From an uncultured Nitrososphaeraceae archaeon (GTDB lineage Archaea; Thermoproteota; Nitrososphaeria; Nitrososphaerales; Nitrososphaeraceae), in contig CAVXZB010000038.1 of NCBI GenBank assembly GCA_963765895.1, positions 1 through 64,000 of the forward strand: 64,000 nucleotides of DNA, in the 5' to 3' direction. Positions 21,597 to 34,510 of this stretch are shown piece after piece. The notes beneath the pieces were generated by a model that was given only the letters and a program-made list of their open reading frames with translations, had not been told where the DNA came from and ran no database searches. The number at the start of each line of letters is the position of its first letter. Position 1 is the stretch's first letter. A program made the translations under genes and the position numbers.

Positions 21597-22622
21597 CCCT
21601 TCTGAAGTGCCTGTCTCGCTAATATCTGCCATAAGAAGAAAGATACTAATATTCTTGTTTCACCTTCCTGATGATCTCTTCACTATATCCCCATTTTATC
21701 TAAGGGCACTAAAAATTTCTTTGGATTTGTTAGATTTTGGGAACTTTTCATTCTATTGTGCCTATAAGTTAGCTGTTTGTATCTTTAAAATACGTGAACA
21801 AACGGCTCTTGACAATTGGATTAGAACCTATTATAAACATCAACATCATTGTTTCCTTCTCTGTAGCCTGTCTCATTCAACCTCATTGCGTTGTCATAAA
21901 AACTATAACGTCGAGTCAGGTCCTAAAAGTATTTTCCTAATCGATAGTAACTTTACTTTTGTCAGTGCTGTATTCTTGTAACTTATTCTGTAGGATAAAC
22001 AAATGCCCTTCATCCGCCGATACTACATTGATTCCTGTTCATCTTAATTACTATATCTGGTTATAATCTGCGAACCGTTTCAATACTAATCTATTCAATC
22101 AGCTGATTTGCCCAAACATCTAGAAACTGTTACCGTAATTTGGTTATCTAGTTCCATGTTCTAGCCTGCTATAACATATAGAATTTGCATACATTTCCAA
22201 ATTCAAACTATATGACACACCAGCACTCTCACTCACATTGGTCTGATGGCTTTAATGTCGTCCATGGGGTTGCATTATTTATTGCTATGTTAAATGATCG
22301 ATTAGGAATTCTAGTCTATTTATGCCTTGCAACGTTATTCAATGAACATGAATTGACTGCAACCCCTTAATCATGTTGGATAATTTTTTAGTTGTTCGGA
22401 TAGAGGCGATTTATTTAATAAATGAGTGGGCATCCGATCGCAAACTATTTCTTGGCCAACATTTGGTTCGGAGATAAGTCTCTTTATAGCGAATGAATCC
22501 AAGCACGTCAGAAAATGCATTCAATTCTTTAATCGTTGCGATATATAGTGAGGAAAACGACTCCCTTTTTTCAAAAGACACGTAGCAGAGGTTTTGTGGT
22601 AGAAACGTCATAGTATTCGTAG

Positions 22623-22955
22623 TTATACTCTGCAGAGAATTATATCAGATGCGTCGACGATCCTGTGGGTATATTTTCCGCCATTGCAGTCAGCTAGTAT
22701 CTTGAACTTGCCTCTTCCTATATGCACAATCTTTGCCTCTACCTTAACGTCATCTATAAATAGAATACATAAACAAGAATATATCTCTTCATGCTTATCT
22801 CTGAAAGTGATGCCAAAATTATTGTGAAATATGCTAGAACTATAATAATTGTAAATTCCAGTTATTCGAGCATAGATCTTGGTTGCCAGATGATCTCCTT
22901 CCATTCTTCTCAGTCCGGGCATGCCCCTAAGAAAATAGAACGATTGTTTTATCAA
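22623..22955 (-). CDS. Small hypothetical protein (true start probably downstream)
   Basis: C-terminal VKVEAKIVHIGRGKFKILAD...IVDASDI looks like a compact beta-barrel. Confidence 0.45.
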   Translation of the reverse strand: MIKQSFYFLRGMPGLRRMEGDHLATKIYARITGIYNYYSSSIFHNNFGITFRDKHEEIYSCLCILFIDDVKVEAKIVHIGRGKFKILADCNGGKYTHRIVDASDIILCRV

Positions 22956-23612
22956 TAAGATCTGGTAGACATTTGATATACTTAAAGTTTATTTTCAAAC
23001 AACTAACCAAATGGAAAGCATATGGTAGAATAAAAATAACATCTGTAAACGAGGTTAGGATCGATAACATGAATTCTTTTCGAATGTGAAAGGTAACATT
23101 GTCCCTGAAGATTGAATAGCCAACTTAATGAAGCTTTCTAAGCTTGCCAGACAGGCTTTTTCTATATAGTGATAGTTACGGCGCACCCATATCAGACGGT
23201 TATTGGTAAAGGGATAAAATGAAGGTGAACGCAATCTACCAACGCGAAATACAATGATATCTGAATTCTGAACAATAGAAATTTCTTTAGAAACAAAATT
23301 TTTCATCTCCCCGATTTGTACAGCGTTATTGAATGAGGTTAGACAATTCCAGTAGATAAGGAAACACAAGGAATATGGTTCTATTCCAAGAATAAATCCC
23401 AGACTTATATCAATAACACATAATAAATCACTAACGATTCTTTATATTTCTAAACTTTGTTATTTTGACATCTTTATGCGTGAAACTCTTATATAACCTA
23501 TTTATTAGAAAAAGGTTCCTGTTAGATGGTTGAGATACATGATCCTTAAATTTGAGAATAATTAATTCTATTAAAAGTGCAAAGGCTACAAGGTTTATGA
23601 TCGAGGTTTATC

Positions 23613-24851
23613 TTGTTATTCGTTTTAATTTTCAATTTTATGTTATCGTACAATTATCCGACGAGCGAGGCTTCCGCTCAATCATCTCCTTCTATGCGGC
23701 AAGTGATGGAGGATCCGGTTGGCGATATTAAGAGTCCTTTTTTAAAAAACACAACGGGAAAGCCAGTTACCTATATTAGTCCTACCTCGTCATGTCTAAA
23801 AAATAATTCTGCGTCTCTAGATATAGAATCTGCTAGCTTTCGCAGTGATGGAAATACTCTGAGGAGCACAATGTGACTGAAGAGTCCTTTAATTGAATCT
23901 CCAAAACTGGAAATTGCCAAAAGCTGGAAGCATGTTGAATACACAATGTATTTGTCCATAAACTCAATTTATCACATAGGACTGGATTAACTGGTTCGAC
24001 TTTTTTGGAATAATACTGCGAATTCTTTGACATATCAGGTTGTAGAAATATCTCGGTTCCATGAGAAAATATTATCTTCAATTAGTAGTCCAAAAGGAGT
24101 TTACAGTAACGGAACAAATTACTCAATTTAGATTTTGACTTGGGATTAGCAGACCATCCTGGCCAATACCAATTATTCTTTGTGTCTGGCGCCACCTATT
24201 TTATGTATCTAGCAGAGCCAACAGGTGGTAAAAAGCCATCTATATCACTTGAGTGTGGCTTATTAGATGTTACTAATCTAGTCGCCGCTCCAACACCCAA
24301 ATTTAGCATTTCTTTTTCGCCCAGCGCATTAGAGCTCAGACCTAGTTCCTGGCTGGATAATAACGATAGAAGTGTCCAATTGAAAATACAATCTAGAACA
24401 AATCTTGATTCTAATGCATTATTTGTACTGCCCAGTAACAAGACCATCGGCATACAAACAAGCCTGACTTCACGCGAATTATCGTTACTTCCAGAAGATA
24501 CTTCGTCTACAACCTTAAAGGTTAAAGCACCATCTTTCAGCCACGGCAATCATATCCAGTGTCTTAGTGTATTCATATAGTAACGAACATAACTTTCCAC
24601 AAAATTTTACTGCCGATATCGGCCAGAAGTATACTTTTGACAGCAACAAGATCGCAATTATAACTAAGAATTTAACATTAAGTGTGACGGTGCTGCCACC
24701 ACTGGGAATCTTTGATTATCTCCAGATGACTGCTATCTGGCTTTCTCCTATAAACTCAATATGGACATTCATAACTGCGGCAGGAGTTATTATAGTACCA
24801 TTTATCATAAGAGCGTATTCAAAGAAAAAGTCTAAAATTCAACGAACCTAA
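23613..24851 (+). pseudogene. Secreted/surface protein with C-terminal TM anchor, fragmented
   Basis: Signal-peptide-like N-terminus, beta-rich middle fragments and C-terminal TM plus KKK tail, across three ORFs with stops. Confidence 0.65.
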
Positions 24852-25056
24852 AGCTATGGATTGCACACATTGGATCTTGGAAGGTGTTCTAGAACAAAAA
24901 TACAATATTATTTCAGATCTACCGGAACCAGGTAATATAGTAAGATCATTCGCAAAATCAATCTAGACCACTCATTATTATGTTCACCCACGTAGGATAC
25001 TGCCGGTAATAAAGAACAACAAAATATAATATAATAAAAAATATGGAAAGTGTGAA

Positions 25057-26046
25057 TCAGCTTTTAGTTGGCAATATTGCAGCTTCCTTTAAGACTGACG
25101 CTAATACCATTTTAGCAACGGAGACAACGTAACCCATATTTACAAAGGATATATCATCAGTAACACTATGGTAATGTGTATTCTCAACTGTTGCCCCTCC
25201 ATCATAGCATCCTATAGTAACGTATCCAAGCGCTTCAAAAGGCATGTAATCGCTATCGTATATAGGTCCCAATACCACGTCGAGGCCGGTGTAATCTAGA
25301 GCCATTTGTTCCATCATGTCTGCAAAAGCTTGTGAATCTTTATCATTGGTTGTAACTTCGTTGCCAATGTCTCGTTCTACAGTTACTGTGGTTTTCCCGT
25401 TTCTCTGCGGATAACCGACCATATCCAAATTAATTAATCTATAAAGATTCACATTGTCATGTTTTAGCTGTTTGGCATAATGAGTTGATCCCCAAAGACC
25501 TTGCTCCTCGCCTGAAAAAAATACTAGATGAATACTTTTTCCCAAGTTTAAGGTGGAGATTAGCCTGGCTACTTCTAACAGCACGGCAACTCCACTAGCA
25601 TTGTCATCGGCACCTGGCGCTCGAGAGTTCATATCTTCAAGATCTTCCATTCTTGAATCATAATGTGCGCAAACAAGTATTACTTGATCTGATAATGATC
25701 CCGCCTTCTCACAAATAACATTTTTCAGATTGTAACCTCCCTCCTCATAATGATGAAAATTAATATTGATCTGGCTAATATGCTCAAGTTTTGACTTTAA
25801 CCAACTGGCTATTTCATCGATATATTTTGACTTGGTATGCCGCGTCTGAAATGACGCTAATTCAGTAATCCACTTTTCTATATTATTTCTGGAAACGGAA
25901 GAGACGACAGAATTTATCGATTCATCGGCTATCGATAATGTTCTTTTCCTTTGACCTTTTACATTTTCTATTCGGATGGGCGCGATATACTGCCCATTCC
26001 TTTTATCTGGTGGAGAGTTCCAGTTATTGGCTGCGTGTTCAGACAT
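25057..26046 (-). CDS. M28-family metallopeptidase (N-terminus probably disrupted)
   Basis: AHYDS, PGADDNASG, GEEQGLWGS, NLDMVG, SDYMPF and YH motifs. Confidence 0.9.
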   Translation of the reverse strand: MSEHAANNWNSPPDKRNGQYIAPIRIENVKGQRKRTLSIADESINSVVSSVSRNNIEKWITELASFQTRHTKSKYIDEIASWLKSKLEHISQININFHHYEEGGYNLKNVICEKAGSLSDQVILVCAHYDSRMEDLEDMNSRAPGADDNASGVAVLLEVARLISTLNLGKSIHLVFFSGEEQGLWGSTHYAKQLKHDNVNLYRLINLDMVGYPQRNGKTTVTVERDIGNEVTTNDKDSQAFADMMEQMALDYTGLDVVLGPIYDSDYMPFEALGYVTIGCYDGGATVENTHYHSVTDDISFVNMGYVVSVAKMVLASVLKEAAILPTKS

Positions 26047-26649
26047 TCAAGTTTCTCCGACCGGCGCGCTTTAACATAACTTTTTTGTCAATCTTCTGCA
26101 TTAATGCATATTCACGGCCTTCACAATCATTATACAAGTTGGTTGAACGGTAAGCCTACCATCTTGTTCTTTCTGTTTTGATTAGGTAACATTCCACAGC
26201 GTACAAAGACATCTCGTATCAAATCTTTTTTACGACCCTCGTTCAAATTTTGGTCGGCAGTAATTAGACCATTCATCATAGTTCTTTCTGCAAAGACTAA
26301 TTAAAACTACAATATTAGTATCATAACGCCATTTAAAGAACAATACGAACTGGAAAGTATAGGCCAAACAGGTCGAAGGTTATCTTTCAGAGATGCGAAT
26401 GCAAAAATAAAATGCAGTATAGTAATATCTTATTCTATATTACTAAAGCAAAGACCTATCTAAAGTTCATTACGTGATAGAACCATTTTTGACTCGCCTA
26501 CATTTGAATTCACTCCGAGTTTAATGCAGGAAATTCTTTAGACGCTGAAGGCATATTATAAATATACCGGCACTCGTAAGTGACCTTCAATTACCGTGAC
26601 CAGGACTGTTGACCAATCGATTAAGCGTTTATGTTCCCCTTATTAAGAG

Positions 26650-27182
26650 CCTAGCTGAGTCAGATCCTTAATTTACATATCATATGTCTCCATATAACCC
26701 CGTAACCGTGATAGGAATTAGATATACGTTTATTCTTTATCTGATTGTGCACAAGAAAACGGATATCCTGGATGTAAACTGCTTTCTATTATCGTGCGTG
26801 GCCTAGTCTGCTTCGGGTTAAGATAGTAAACCACGATCTTAGTCAGCCATTACCAGATCTGGGATATTTTGATACAGTAGTTTCAAGTTTAGCAATTCAT
26901 CATTTAGATCACAAGCGTAAACGTTCGCTATATAAAGAAATTTATGATATGCTTAATCCGACAGGAATCTTCTTTAATCTTGAGCACGTCGGATCACTGT
27001 CCTTGGAGCTTCATATTCGATTTCTTACTGTCACAGGATATTCTCCAAAGTCTAAAAGTAAATAAGATAAGTTATTACCAATCTAGACTCAGCTTGGTTG
27101 GCTTTAGGAGGTAGGATTTGTAGACGTCGACTACTATCGGAAATGACTTGAAATGGTGCTATTGGTAGGATATAAAGTTTGA
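26650..27182 (+). pseudogene. Class I SAM-dependent methyltransferase (CmoA-like)
   Basis: FDTVVSSLAIHHLDHKRKRSLYKEIYDMLNPTGIFFNLEHV...QLGWL*EVGFVDVD; four in-frame stops. Confidence 0.8.
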
Positions 27183-27385
27183 TCATAATACACATTCAAA
27201 TCTGGGTAGTCTCGCAACGTGTTTGATAAAGTTTTTATACAAGAATCTAATATCGCAGTATAACGGCTCGTAAAGATATCTTACCTTTTAATCGAAATAT
27301 TGGCCAAAAACCTTATAGCCCCAATTAAAGGGAAAATATACCATTAAAATACCTCTAATGGTAATAGGTTAAGTAAGATCGAGAC

Positions 27386-29113
27386 TTGACTGGACATTCG
27401 AATGAAACGATTACTGAGAGGACAGAGATATGGCACGGAAAACAAAAAATATTGTCAAGAGCTCTCGCAGAGTTATCAAAGGTAAAGGTAAAATTTGATT
27501 CGATTTTGGACGGTAATGGCCCGTCAATTATAATAAATAATGAATTTGTTACCAAGGCCTATGCCGAAATTAAGACAAGGGGAGGTAGATTAAGACTTAT
27601 AACAGAAATTACCGAGGCAAATCTTTCGTATTGCAAACAGCTAATCAAATACGTAGAGCTGCGTCATCTTGATGGGGTTAAAGGCAATATGGGGATCGTG
27701 GATGGGATAAGCTATGGTGCTGCTCCCAAGTCTGAGGAAAAACAGGTTCCCACAGAATATATCTATAGTACAGTAAAGTCATTTGTCGAACAGCAACAGT
27801 ATTTCTTTAATATGCTATGGAAGAAATCGATACCGGCTGAACAAAAAATCAAGGAACTAGAGGAGGGCGTTGAACCTGAAGTGATAGAAACCATCAGAGA
27901 CCCAACTGAGATACAAAAACTTGGTAATTACCTTATAGAATTGGCAAATAAAGAAATATTGATACTATTTTCAAGTGCCAGAGCATTCTATCGTCAGGAC
28001 AGAGTTGGTAGGATTGATGCCCTGATAAGAGCAGTCCTAAGAAATCCTAACCTTAAGATTAAGATTCTGACACCTATGATTGGGAATATAAATAAACATG
28101 CTTTACAGAAATTATCTGCTGTAAGAGAACGAAATCAAACTAGATATCACATTGATGTTCGACAAATCGAACCGTCAATCCAGACCAGGGTCACAGTCCT
28201 GATAATTGACAGGAAATATTCGCTTATAGTAGAATTAAAGGATGATGAGAAGAATGAATCTTCAAAAGCAGTTGGATTGGCTACCTATTCCAACAGCGGT
28301 CCGACAGTATTATCCTATGCATCTATCTTCGAAAGCCTTTGGATGCAGACTGACTTGTACCAGCGGATTAAGGAAGCCAATACTCAGCTGGAAGTACATC
28401 AGCGACTACAGCAAGAATTCATTAATATCGCGGCTCATGAGCTACGGAATCCGATTCAGCCAATTCTTTCATTGAGTGAGATCGTTAGGGGTTCGGAAGC
28501 AGATGAAGGAAAAAAGGATCTACTTGATGTTGTTGTCAGAAATGCAAGGAGGTTAAGACAGCTAACTGAAGATGTTTTAGATGTTACTAGAATAGAAAGT
28601 AACTCACTTCAACTCAATAAAGAAGAGTTCAACTTGGAGGACCTAGTGCTCCATGTGATTCACGATTGCGAAATATCAACCCAAGGCAGAATAAAAATAG
28701 TGTTTGATCAGGATAGTAGCGGTGAAAAGGGATCCGGTATGAATAGTGCAAAAATAGGACCAATAACTGCAGATAAGCACAGGATACAACAGGTGTTATC
28801 AAATCTCATTAATAATGCAGTAAAGTACACTGAGGAGGGTGGAAGTGTATTGATAAAAATAAGCACAAACGATTCCAAGGTTCGGAGTAATGGGTCTGTC
28901 ACGGTCAGTGTGAGAGATACCGGATCAGGCATAGATCCGGCCATCATGCCTAGACTATTTTCAAAATTTGCTACTTCGAATAAAGGGATTGGAATGGGAT
29001 TAGGATTGTATATCTCAAAAAGTATAGTTGAGGCTCATGGTGGAGAAATCTGGGCTGAAAACAACAAAAGCGAAGGAGGAGCAACTTTTTACTTTAGATT
29101 ACCGCTAAGATGA
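27386..29113 (+). CDS. Cytoplasmic sensor histidine kinase
   Basis: H-box AAHELRNP, N-box NLINNAVKY, G1 DTGSGI and G2 GMGLGL. Confidence 0.95.
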   Translation: MTGHSNETITERTEIWHGKQKILSRALAELSKVKVKFDSILDGNGPSIIINNEFVTKAYAEIKTRGGRLRLITEITEANLSYCKQLIKYVELRHLDGVKGNMGIVDGISYGAAPKSEEKQVPTEYIYSTVKSFVEQQQYFFNMLWKKSIPAEQKIKELEEGVEPEVIETIRDPTEIQKLGNYLIELANKEILILFSSARAFYRQDRVGRIDALIRAVLRNPNLKIKILTPMIGNINKHALQKLSAVRERNQTRYHIDVRQIEPSIQTRVTVLIIDRKYSLIVELKDDEKNESSKAVGLATYSNSGPTVLSYASIFESLWMQTDLYQRIKEANTQLEVHQRLQQEFINIAAHELRNPIQPILSLSEIVRGSEADEGKKDLLDVVVRNARRLRQLTEDVLDVTRIESNSLQLNKEEFNLEDLVLHVIHDCEISTQGRIKIVFDQDSSGEKGSGMNSAKIGPITADKHRIQQVLSNLINNAVKYTEEGGSVLIKISTNDSKVRSNGSVTVSVRDTGSGIDPAIMPRLFSKFATSNKGIGMGLGLYISKSIVEAHGGEIWAENNKSEGGATFYFRLPLR

Positions 29114-29663
29114 TGGATATAGGAACGAGCTGCCAAAGTTAGGCCTTTCGATTAAGAAATCTATTGGTTATTGATTGCGTCATGGCCTATAATCTCAACT
29201 ATATTTATTGGGGGCAAGCTATGATTAATTTGGTTCTGAATGGTGGTCACAAGAGCATTAATCGTGACCATTTTACATCATGCATTTAGAATAGTATAGT
29301 CTAGTTTAGTTTAGTCTAGGAAAATCAACGTCAAGTCTTGTTATACTTAGCACTGAAAGAAAAGAGACTGGTAGCAATAGCCGATATTTTCCATGGTCAC
29401 AATTTTGTCAGAATCATACAATACTAGATTATAGAACTATATTAATAGCTGAGCTTAGCTATCATTTTTCCAAAGAGATTATATTTATGAATGCTGATTA
29501 CATAGATAGAGGACCTAGGTTGGGTGGCAGTGGCTATCCATATGAACTTCATCAACGCAAGGAATCACAGTACAGTGGTGTGTATTCTCCAATATAGGGG
29601 CTATTTCATTTATTCTTTATGCATTTCACGCCATCATGTTGATAGCGAGGTGACAGGCTAAAA

Positions 29664-29861
29664 ATGGGACAGTTAGTTAACGCGAAACCAAATCCGGGCC
29701 ATGAATTTCTAAGAGACTCCCTGAATTTTAGATATATGCAATGTATATATTGTAAGACCAGGAGTCAATTCACATGCTTGAAGTGTGGTTCTTGTTATAG
29801 TTGTCATCGAAGAAATGAATCAACTGTAAACACTCCGAAGTATATTATCCTGGGTGATTAG
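29664..29861 (+). CDS. Small Cys-rich zinc-finger protein
   Basis: CIYC..CLKCGSCYSCH. Confidence 0.6.
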   Translation: MGQLVNAKPNPGHEFLRDSLNFRYMQCIYCKTRSQFTCLKCGSCYSCHRRNESTVNTPKYIILGD

Positions 29862-30825
29862 ATATTTGAGTAGACGGGACCGGGGAAAGACTCGAACCGT
29901 TGAACCAAGTTTTCACGATAAGCTGGTGCACTCTAACGATGCGAGTCCTTCAAGTCAATCTTCCCTTGAATTGCATTTAGGTTGTTCAGGTTGGAGCCAC
30001 GAGGCATGGAAAAGTAGGTTTTACCCGTCGTGCCTTGAAACATCTAACTGGCTGAATTATTATTCCCAAATCTTTGAGTTCGTGGAAATAGATTCTTCAT
30101 TCTACGTAATACCGGATACATTTATGGTAAAGAACTGGTACGGAAAGACACCAAGTCGCTTCAAGTTTACCGCAAAATTTCCAAAGGTTATAACGCATGA
30201 TAAGAAGCTTGCTAATGTTAGGAATGAACTAGATTGTTTTCTTACCTCTATGCGCGAACTAGGCGACAAACTTTTCTGCCTTGTTATACAGCTACCCCCA
30301 TCTACCAAGATTTCTGAAGGCCTGGAACTTTTAGATAGGACTTTACCTAACCTTGATCCCGCATTTAGATACGCAGTCGAGGTTAGGGACAACTCATGGC
30401 TTCAGGACCTGGCCTATGATTTTTTTGCCAAGAATAATATTTGTATGGTGTGGAGTCAGTTACAAGATATACAAACTCCGCCGGTAGTGACAACAGATTT
30501 TGTATATCTAAGGTTAATTGGCAATACAACTATAGATAATTATGGTAATGTTAGAGACAATGGGATAACTGACCTGCAATACTGGACTAACAAAATCAAG
30601 CAGATAAGGATGTATGAAGAGGCCGCAAATAAGGTGAAGCACGTGTTAGTATCAGCAAATAATTCCTATAACGGGTTTGGTCCTGATACTGTCAACTCCT
30701 TTAGGAAAATGATCGGCTTACAGGAATTACAATGGGATGGTAAGAGAGGGATTCAAAAGAAAATCCCAGAATACGAAACTCTATCAAAGCAGAAGAAGAT
30801 ACACGACTTCTTGCAAGGTCAATAG
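29854..30825 (+). CDS. DUF72 (YecE-like) protein
   Basis: GCSGWS, VEIDSSFY, KFPKVITH, QLPPS, EVRDNSW and YLRLIG motifs. Confidence 0.9.
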   Translation: MIRYLSRRDRGKTRTVEPSFHDKLVHSNDASPSSQSSLELHLGCSGWSHEAWKSRFYPSCLETSNWLNYYSQIFEFVEIDSSFYVIPDTFMVKNWYGKTPSRFKFTAKFPKVITHDKKLANVRNELDCFLTSMRELGDKLFCLVIQLPPSTKISEGLELLDRTLPNLDPAFRYAVEVRDNSWLQDLAYDFFAKNNICMVWSQLQDIQTPPVVTTDFVYLRLIGNTTIDNYGNVRDNGITDLQYWTNKIKQIRMYEEAANKVKHVLVSANNSYNGFGPDTVNSFRKMIGLQELQWDGKRGIQKKIPEYETLSKQKKIHDFLQGQ

Positions 30826-31265
30826 TTTTCATGTGGCCTCAAACTGACCTATTTGGCATATGTCATCTCAGAAATTGAATAGAGCATAAAAAGCTAAGAC
30901 AATCTAGGAGCAACTCATATGGCTGATTTCGGACGATTGCGTTTCGGTAGGTATAATGGAGATGGCTCAGCTGACTCATTTTTCTTTTGGCTGGATTTTC
31001 AAGCAAGTAATCCTGTGCGATTGCTTCACTAGCTATAATAATTTACCATGACCACATACTCAATATGATAGTTATGGGGGTAAGGGGTTTTAAGGACAAA
31101 TTGCTAGAATTATGCTAACTCATCATCAACATTGGGCTTATTCTCAATAAGTGTGGAGGAGTAGACGTAAAGTTGTTCTAGGCTAACTAATTAGCTAATT
31201 ATGACCTGCAATGGTCGTAGGTCAAGCAGGTAATCTTAATATGCATACATCAATTAGTAGTAACA

Positions 31266-31483
31266 TGGCAAATTATGAGGCATTAAAAGCTAGTGTGGCT
31301 AAAAACGGGGAGGTTATGGTCCGATTAGATACCGGCGAAAAGATTGAACTTCACATACACAATGTCAGGTTCGAAGACTCTACCAAAGAAATAGTCGTCG
31401 ATGCTGCTACTGAAACATATTGGATAGGTGCTGACAGGGTATGTTATTATTGGATCCATAGGGAAGGTATTGCAAAGGAATAG
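31266..31483 (+). CDS. Small hypothetical protein (Sm-like beta pattern)
   Basis: MANYEALK...GEVMVRLDTGEKIELH...YYWIH. Confidence 0.65.
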
Positions 31484-32020
31484 TCCTGATATCTAAAAGT
31501 GCACAGACTTCTGAATGGCAGAAGCAGCACTAACAAACTCGAGCTGATCATTGAGAGACTAACGTTGGTTTTTTAATTGCTTAGAGAGGACTAAATGCAT
31601 CCCGGATTCTATGAAATTGATCTGGTCATCAACATTTCGCTAGGGACCCATGTAGGGGCTCACGGACCTCATGAGCTCCAATTTCGAATAAGTTTCGGGA
31701 AATGAGTATCAAGTAATTTATTTTTGACTCTAGGCGAGTCGGCATCTCATTTCTTTCACTGCCCCAATTTCAAATCTATTACGTCGCTAGCAATTATTTT
31801 TCCTAAACTTCAAACAGCTACAAAAATAAGCGAAACAAGCACTCCCTTCAACTTTATAACAATATATTGCTAGACTAAAATCATTGGCAAACATGATGAT
31901 TTATTCTTGTATAATTGACACCTATGAGCAGACGCATCATATTTCTATTATTTACATCCTTAAACTAAATATGATATGTAGCACAAAATAATCACAAAGG
32001 GGCTGGATGGAACCTTCGAT

Positions 32021-33253
32021 ATGAAAATCTTATTTCTAACCGCGCATTTACCATTTCCTCCTGCCAGTGGAGGGCGCAGGCGAGAATTCGAATTATTGTC
32101 CAGGTTAGGAAAAAAATTTGAGGTTCATTTGTGCTCATTGACTACAGATCTGCAAATTGATAGCGAGAATGCAAAAGAGTTACAGGGCTTTAGTCAAAGT
32201 GTCAGTCTATTCAAAGCCTACAAAATTCCTCAAAACAAACACGCCTGTAAATATCCTTGGCTTATGAGAAGATATTATTCAGATCAGGCGATAATCCAGA
32301 TTTCCAGGATGTTGGCAGAAAAAAAATTCGATATCGTCCATGTTGAAGGATACTATCTAATGCAGTTGGTGCATTGTAAATCTAGAGTCAATGTTCTGCT
32401 CGTTGAACACAACATGGAATACAATCTGAATTTGCAGCAAATGTTATTGTCGACGTCTTTAGAAGAAGCATATTTCTATTGGCAAGAATACTACTATACG
32501 CTCTATTGGGAGCGATATTACTGGAGAAGAGCAACCAAGATAATCGCAATTACTACTGACGATGAAGCCAGTATAAGACGCCTTGAACCAGACGTTAATG
32601 TGATGTTTATCCCAAATGGCACTGATCACGGCTTTGCAGTTGATCAGAGTAATAAGCTGAAGATGTCTAATGATTGCAGTCTCCTTGATAGCTCTGTAGC
32701 TCAAGTCGTTAAACAGGATATCCCATCAATTCTGTTTGTCGGTAATTTTCTATATTATCCCAATATTGATGCAGCACTGTATTTCTGCAAAGATATATTC
32801 CCCCTGATTCTTGAAGAGGTTCCAAATGCTATATTGTTTATTGTAGGTAACTCCCCTCCAACTGAGATACTGGCATTGGAAGCCCAACACAATAATGTGG
32901 TAATTACAGGTTATGTTTCTTCCCTTTATCCTTTCTATAAAACCGCAAAAGTAGTCGTATGTCCACTACGGATTGGAGGGGGCATAAAAGTAAAGATCCT
33001 CGAAGCAGTGAGAGCCGGCAAGGCAATCGTCAGTACTTCTGTAGGAGCACAGGGATTAAATATTGACAACCAATTATTACGCATAGCTGATAAAGTATCA
33101 GACTTTGCAAATTATGTGATTCGGTTCTTATCAATTGCAGAGGAACGCCATCATCAGGAGGAAAATGCATTGCAGTTCGCAAAGACAATGCCGACATGGA
33201 ATCAAGTTAACGAAGATTATATACGCTGCTATACCGAAATATCTGAACTGTGA
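32021..33253 (+). CDS. Glycosyltransferase family 4
   Basis: FPPASGG, IPNG, LFVGNFLYYPN and GGGIKVKILEA motifs. Confidence 0.92.
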   Translation: MKILFLTAHLPFPPASGGRRREFELLSRLGKKFEVHLCSLTTDLQIDSENAKELQGFSQSVSLFKAYKIPQNKHACKYPWLMRRYYSDQAIIQISRMLAEKKFDIVHVEGYYLMQLVHCKSRVNVLLVEHNMEYNLNLQQMLLSTSLEEAYFYWQEYYYTLYWERYYWRRATKIIAITTDDEASIRRLEPDVNVMFIPNGTDHGFAVDQSNKLKMSNDCSLLDSSVAQVVKQDIPSILFVGNFLYYPNIDAALYFCKDIFPLILEEVPNAILFIVGNSPPTEILALEAQHNNVVITGYVSSLYPFYKTAKVVVCPLRIGGGIKVKILEAVRAGKAIVSTSVGAQGLNIDNQLLRIADKVSDFANYVIRFLSIAEERHHQEENALQFAKTMPTWNQVNEDYIRCYTEISEL

Positions 33254-33689
33254 TTCCTAAAAGCAGGTAAATCATAGGCCTAGAAGAAAACAGTTAGTAT
33301 TCTCAAGTGATTTTATTATATGGTCCTCCAGCCTCATCGAATGAGAAAGTGATTTAAAGGCGATCTCATGGTTCTCGCAAAACCAGTTAAAGCATTCTTG
33401 ACACGTTTTATCAGCTAGTTCATACAGTTATTCCTGACTTAAATAGTCTAATCGGTAAGTGACATGATATGAATTACTCTGCGTGGCCATTATTCTGGTT
33501 GCTAGACTATCATCACAAACCATAAAATATAATGTATAATTGGAATGTAAAATTATATCCATAAGAGTCGGGTAGGACCGAAGAGCATAGTGACCAAAAA
33601 AGAAAATTAGTATTCAATTGGTCTATTTAGATAAAACAGCAGGAAGCGTTTTCGAGAGCTAGCTGCAATCTGCTTGAGTTGAAGATGAG

Positions 33690-33974
33690 CTACGAGTACT
33701 GCTTATGAACATAGCACCACCGCCATGACTTGTTTGGAAGTGCGGCCATAACCTTATGGTCAGTATTTTGATAGTGTTTTGTAGCATGAAGACCTACGGA
33801 CGAGTCACAGCAGCCAACATGGCCACAAATTAGACACATACGTAGAGCAACCCAGTCTGTATTCTCCTTTTCACATTCTTCGCAACCTGCGGTTCTGGGA
33901 ATTATGTTATTTTCATTTAGACCAATAAAGTGTTCGCAATTTTTGTTTTTATTCATGCTAAAGCAGAGGTCCAA
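33690..33974 (-). CDS. UBP-type zinc-finger protein
   Basis: CEEC..WVALRMCLICGHVGCCDSS..HATKH..WRWCYVH. Confidence 0.9.
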   Translation of the reverse strand: MDLCFSMNKNKNCEHFIGLNENNIIPRTAGCEECEKENTDWVALRMCLICGHVGCCDSSVGLHATKHYQNTDHKVMAALPNKSWRWCYVHKQYS

Positions 33975-34510
33975 AATATGATTAATATCTTGTATTGTTT
34001 TTTGCGGGGATTCTGGGCAAAGTCAATCATAGTTTCGAGTAATCCTGTATGTTCATCTATTTAAATCCCTGCGATGATCATGAATATTATCAAACCATGA
34101 CTAAATCAATAATGGATCATGCCGAATGAATTATTAGAAATTGCAACTAATGATTTCGAGGTTTTTCATGCTATCGTATCTTTTGGTAATAAATTATGTT
34201 TTCGAAAATACCGTAGCCAAATGGGTTTTTCTGGTAACCAAAGAGTGTGAAAATTATAAATCGCCTAGCTACTTAGCATATTGGTCCCATTATGTGACTC
34301 ATGACGGTCTGCGTTAGTACCCACCATGGAGCTTTATTCTATTTCTTTGATTCGTATGTGTAAATCCATATCTCGATGTCGCTTATAGGTTCGAAGAGAC
34401 GAGATGATTCGAGTTATCTTCTGTAAAAGGTAAATAATTAGTATCATGGCAACTATTCGTACGAGGTAGAGAAACTTAGAATATGGGCAAATTTATATTA
34501 TTTTATTTAA

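Noticed and set aside
21607-23369. ORFs 21607-21981, 22185-22370, 22411-22611 and 23055-23369
   Set aside because: Atypical composition and no motifs; probably spurious or shadows of decayed genes.
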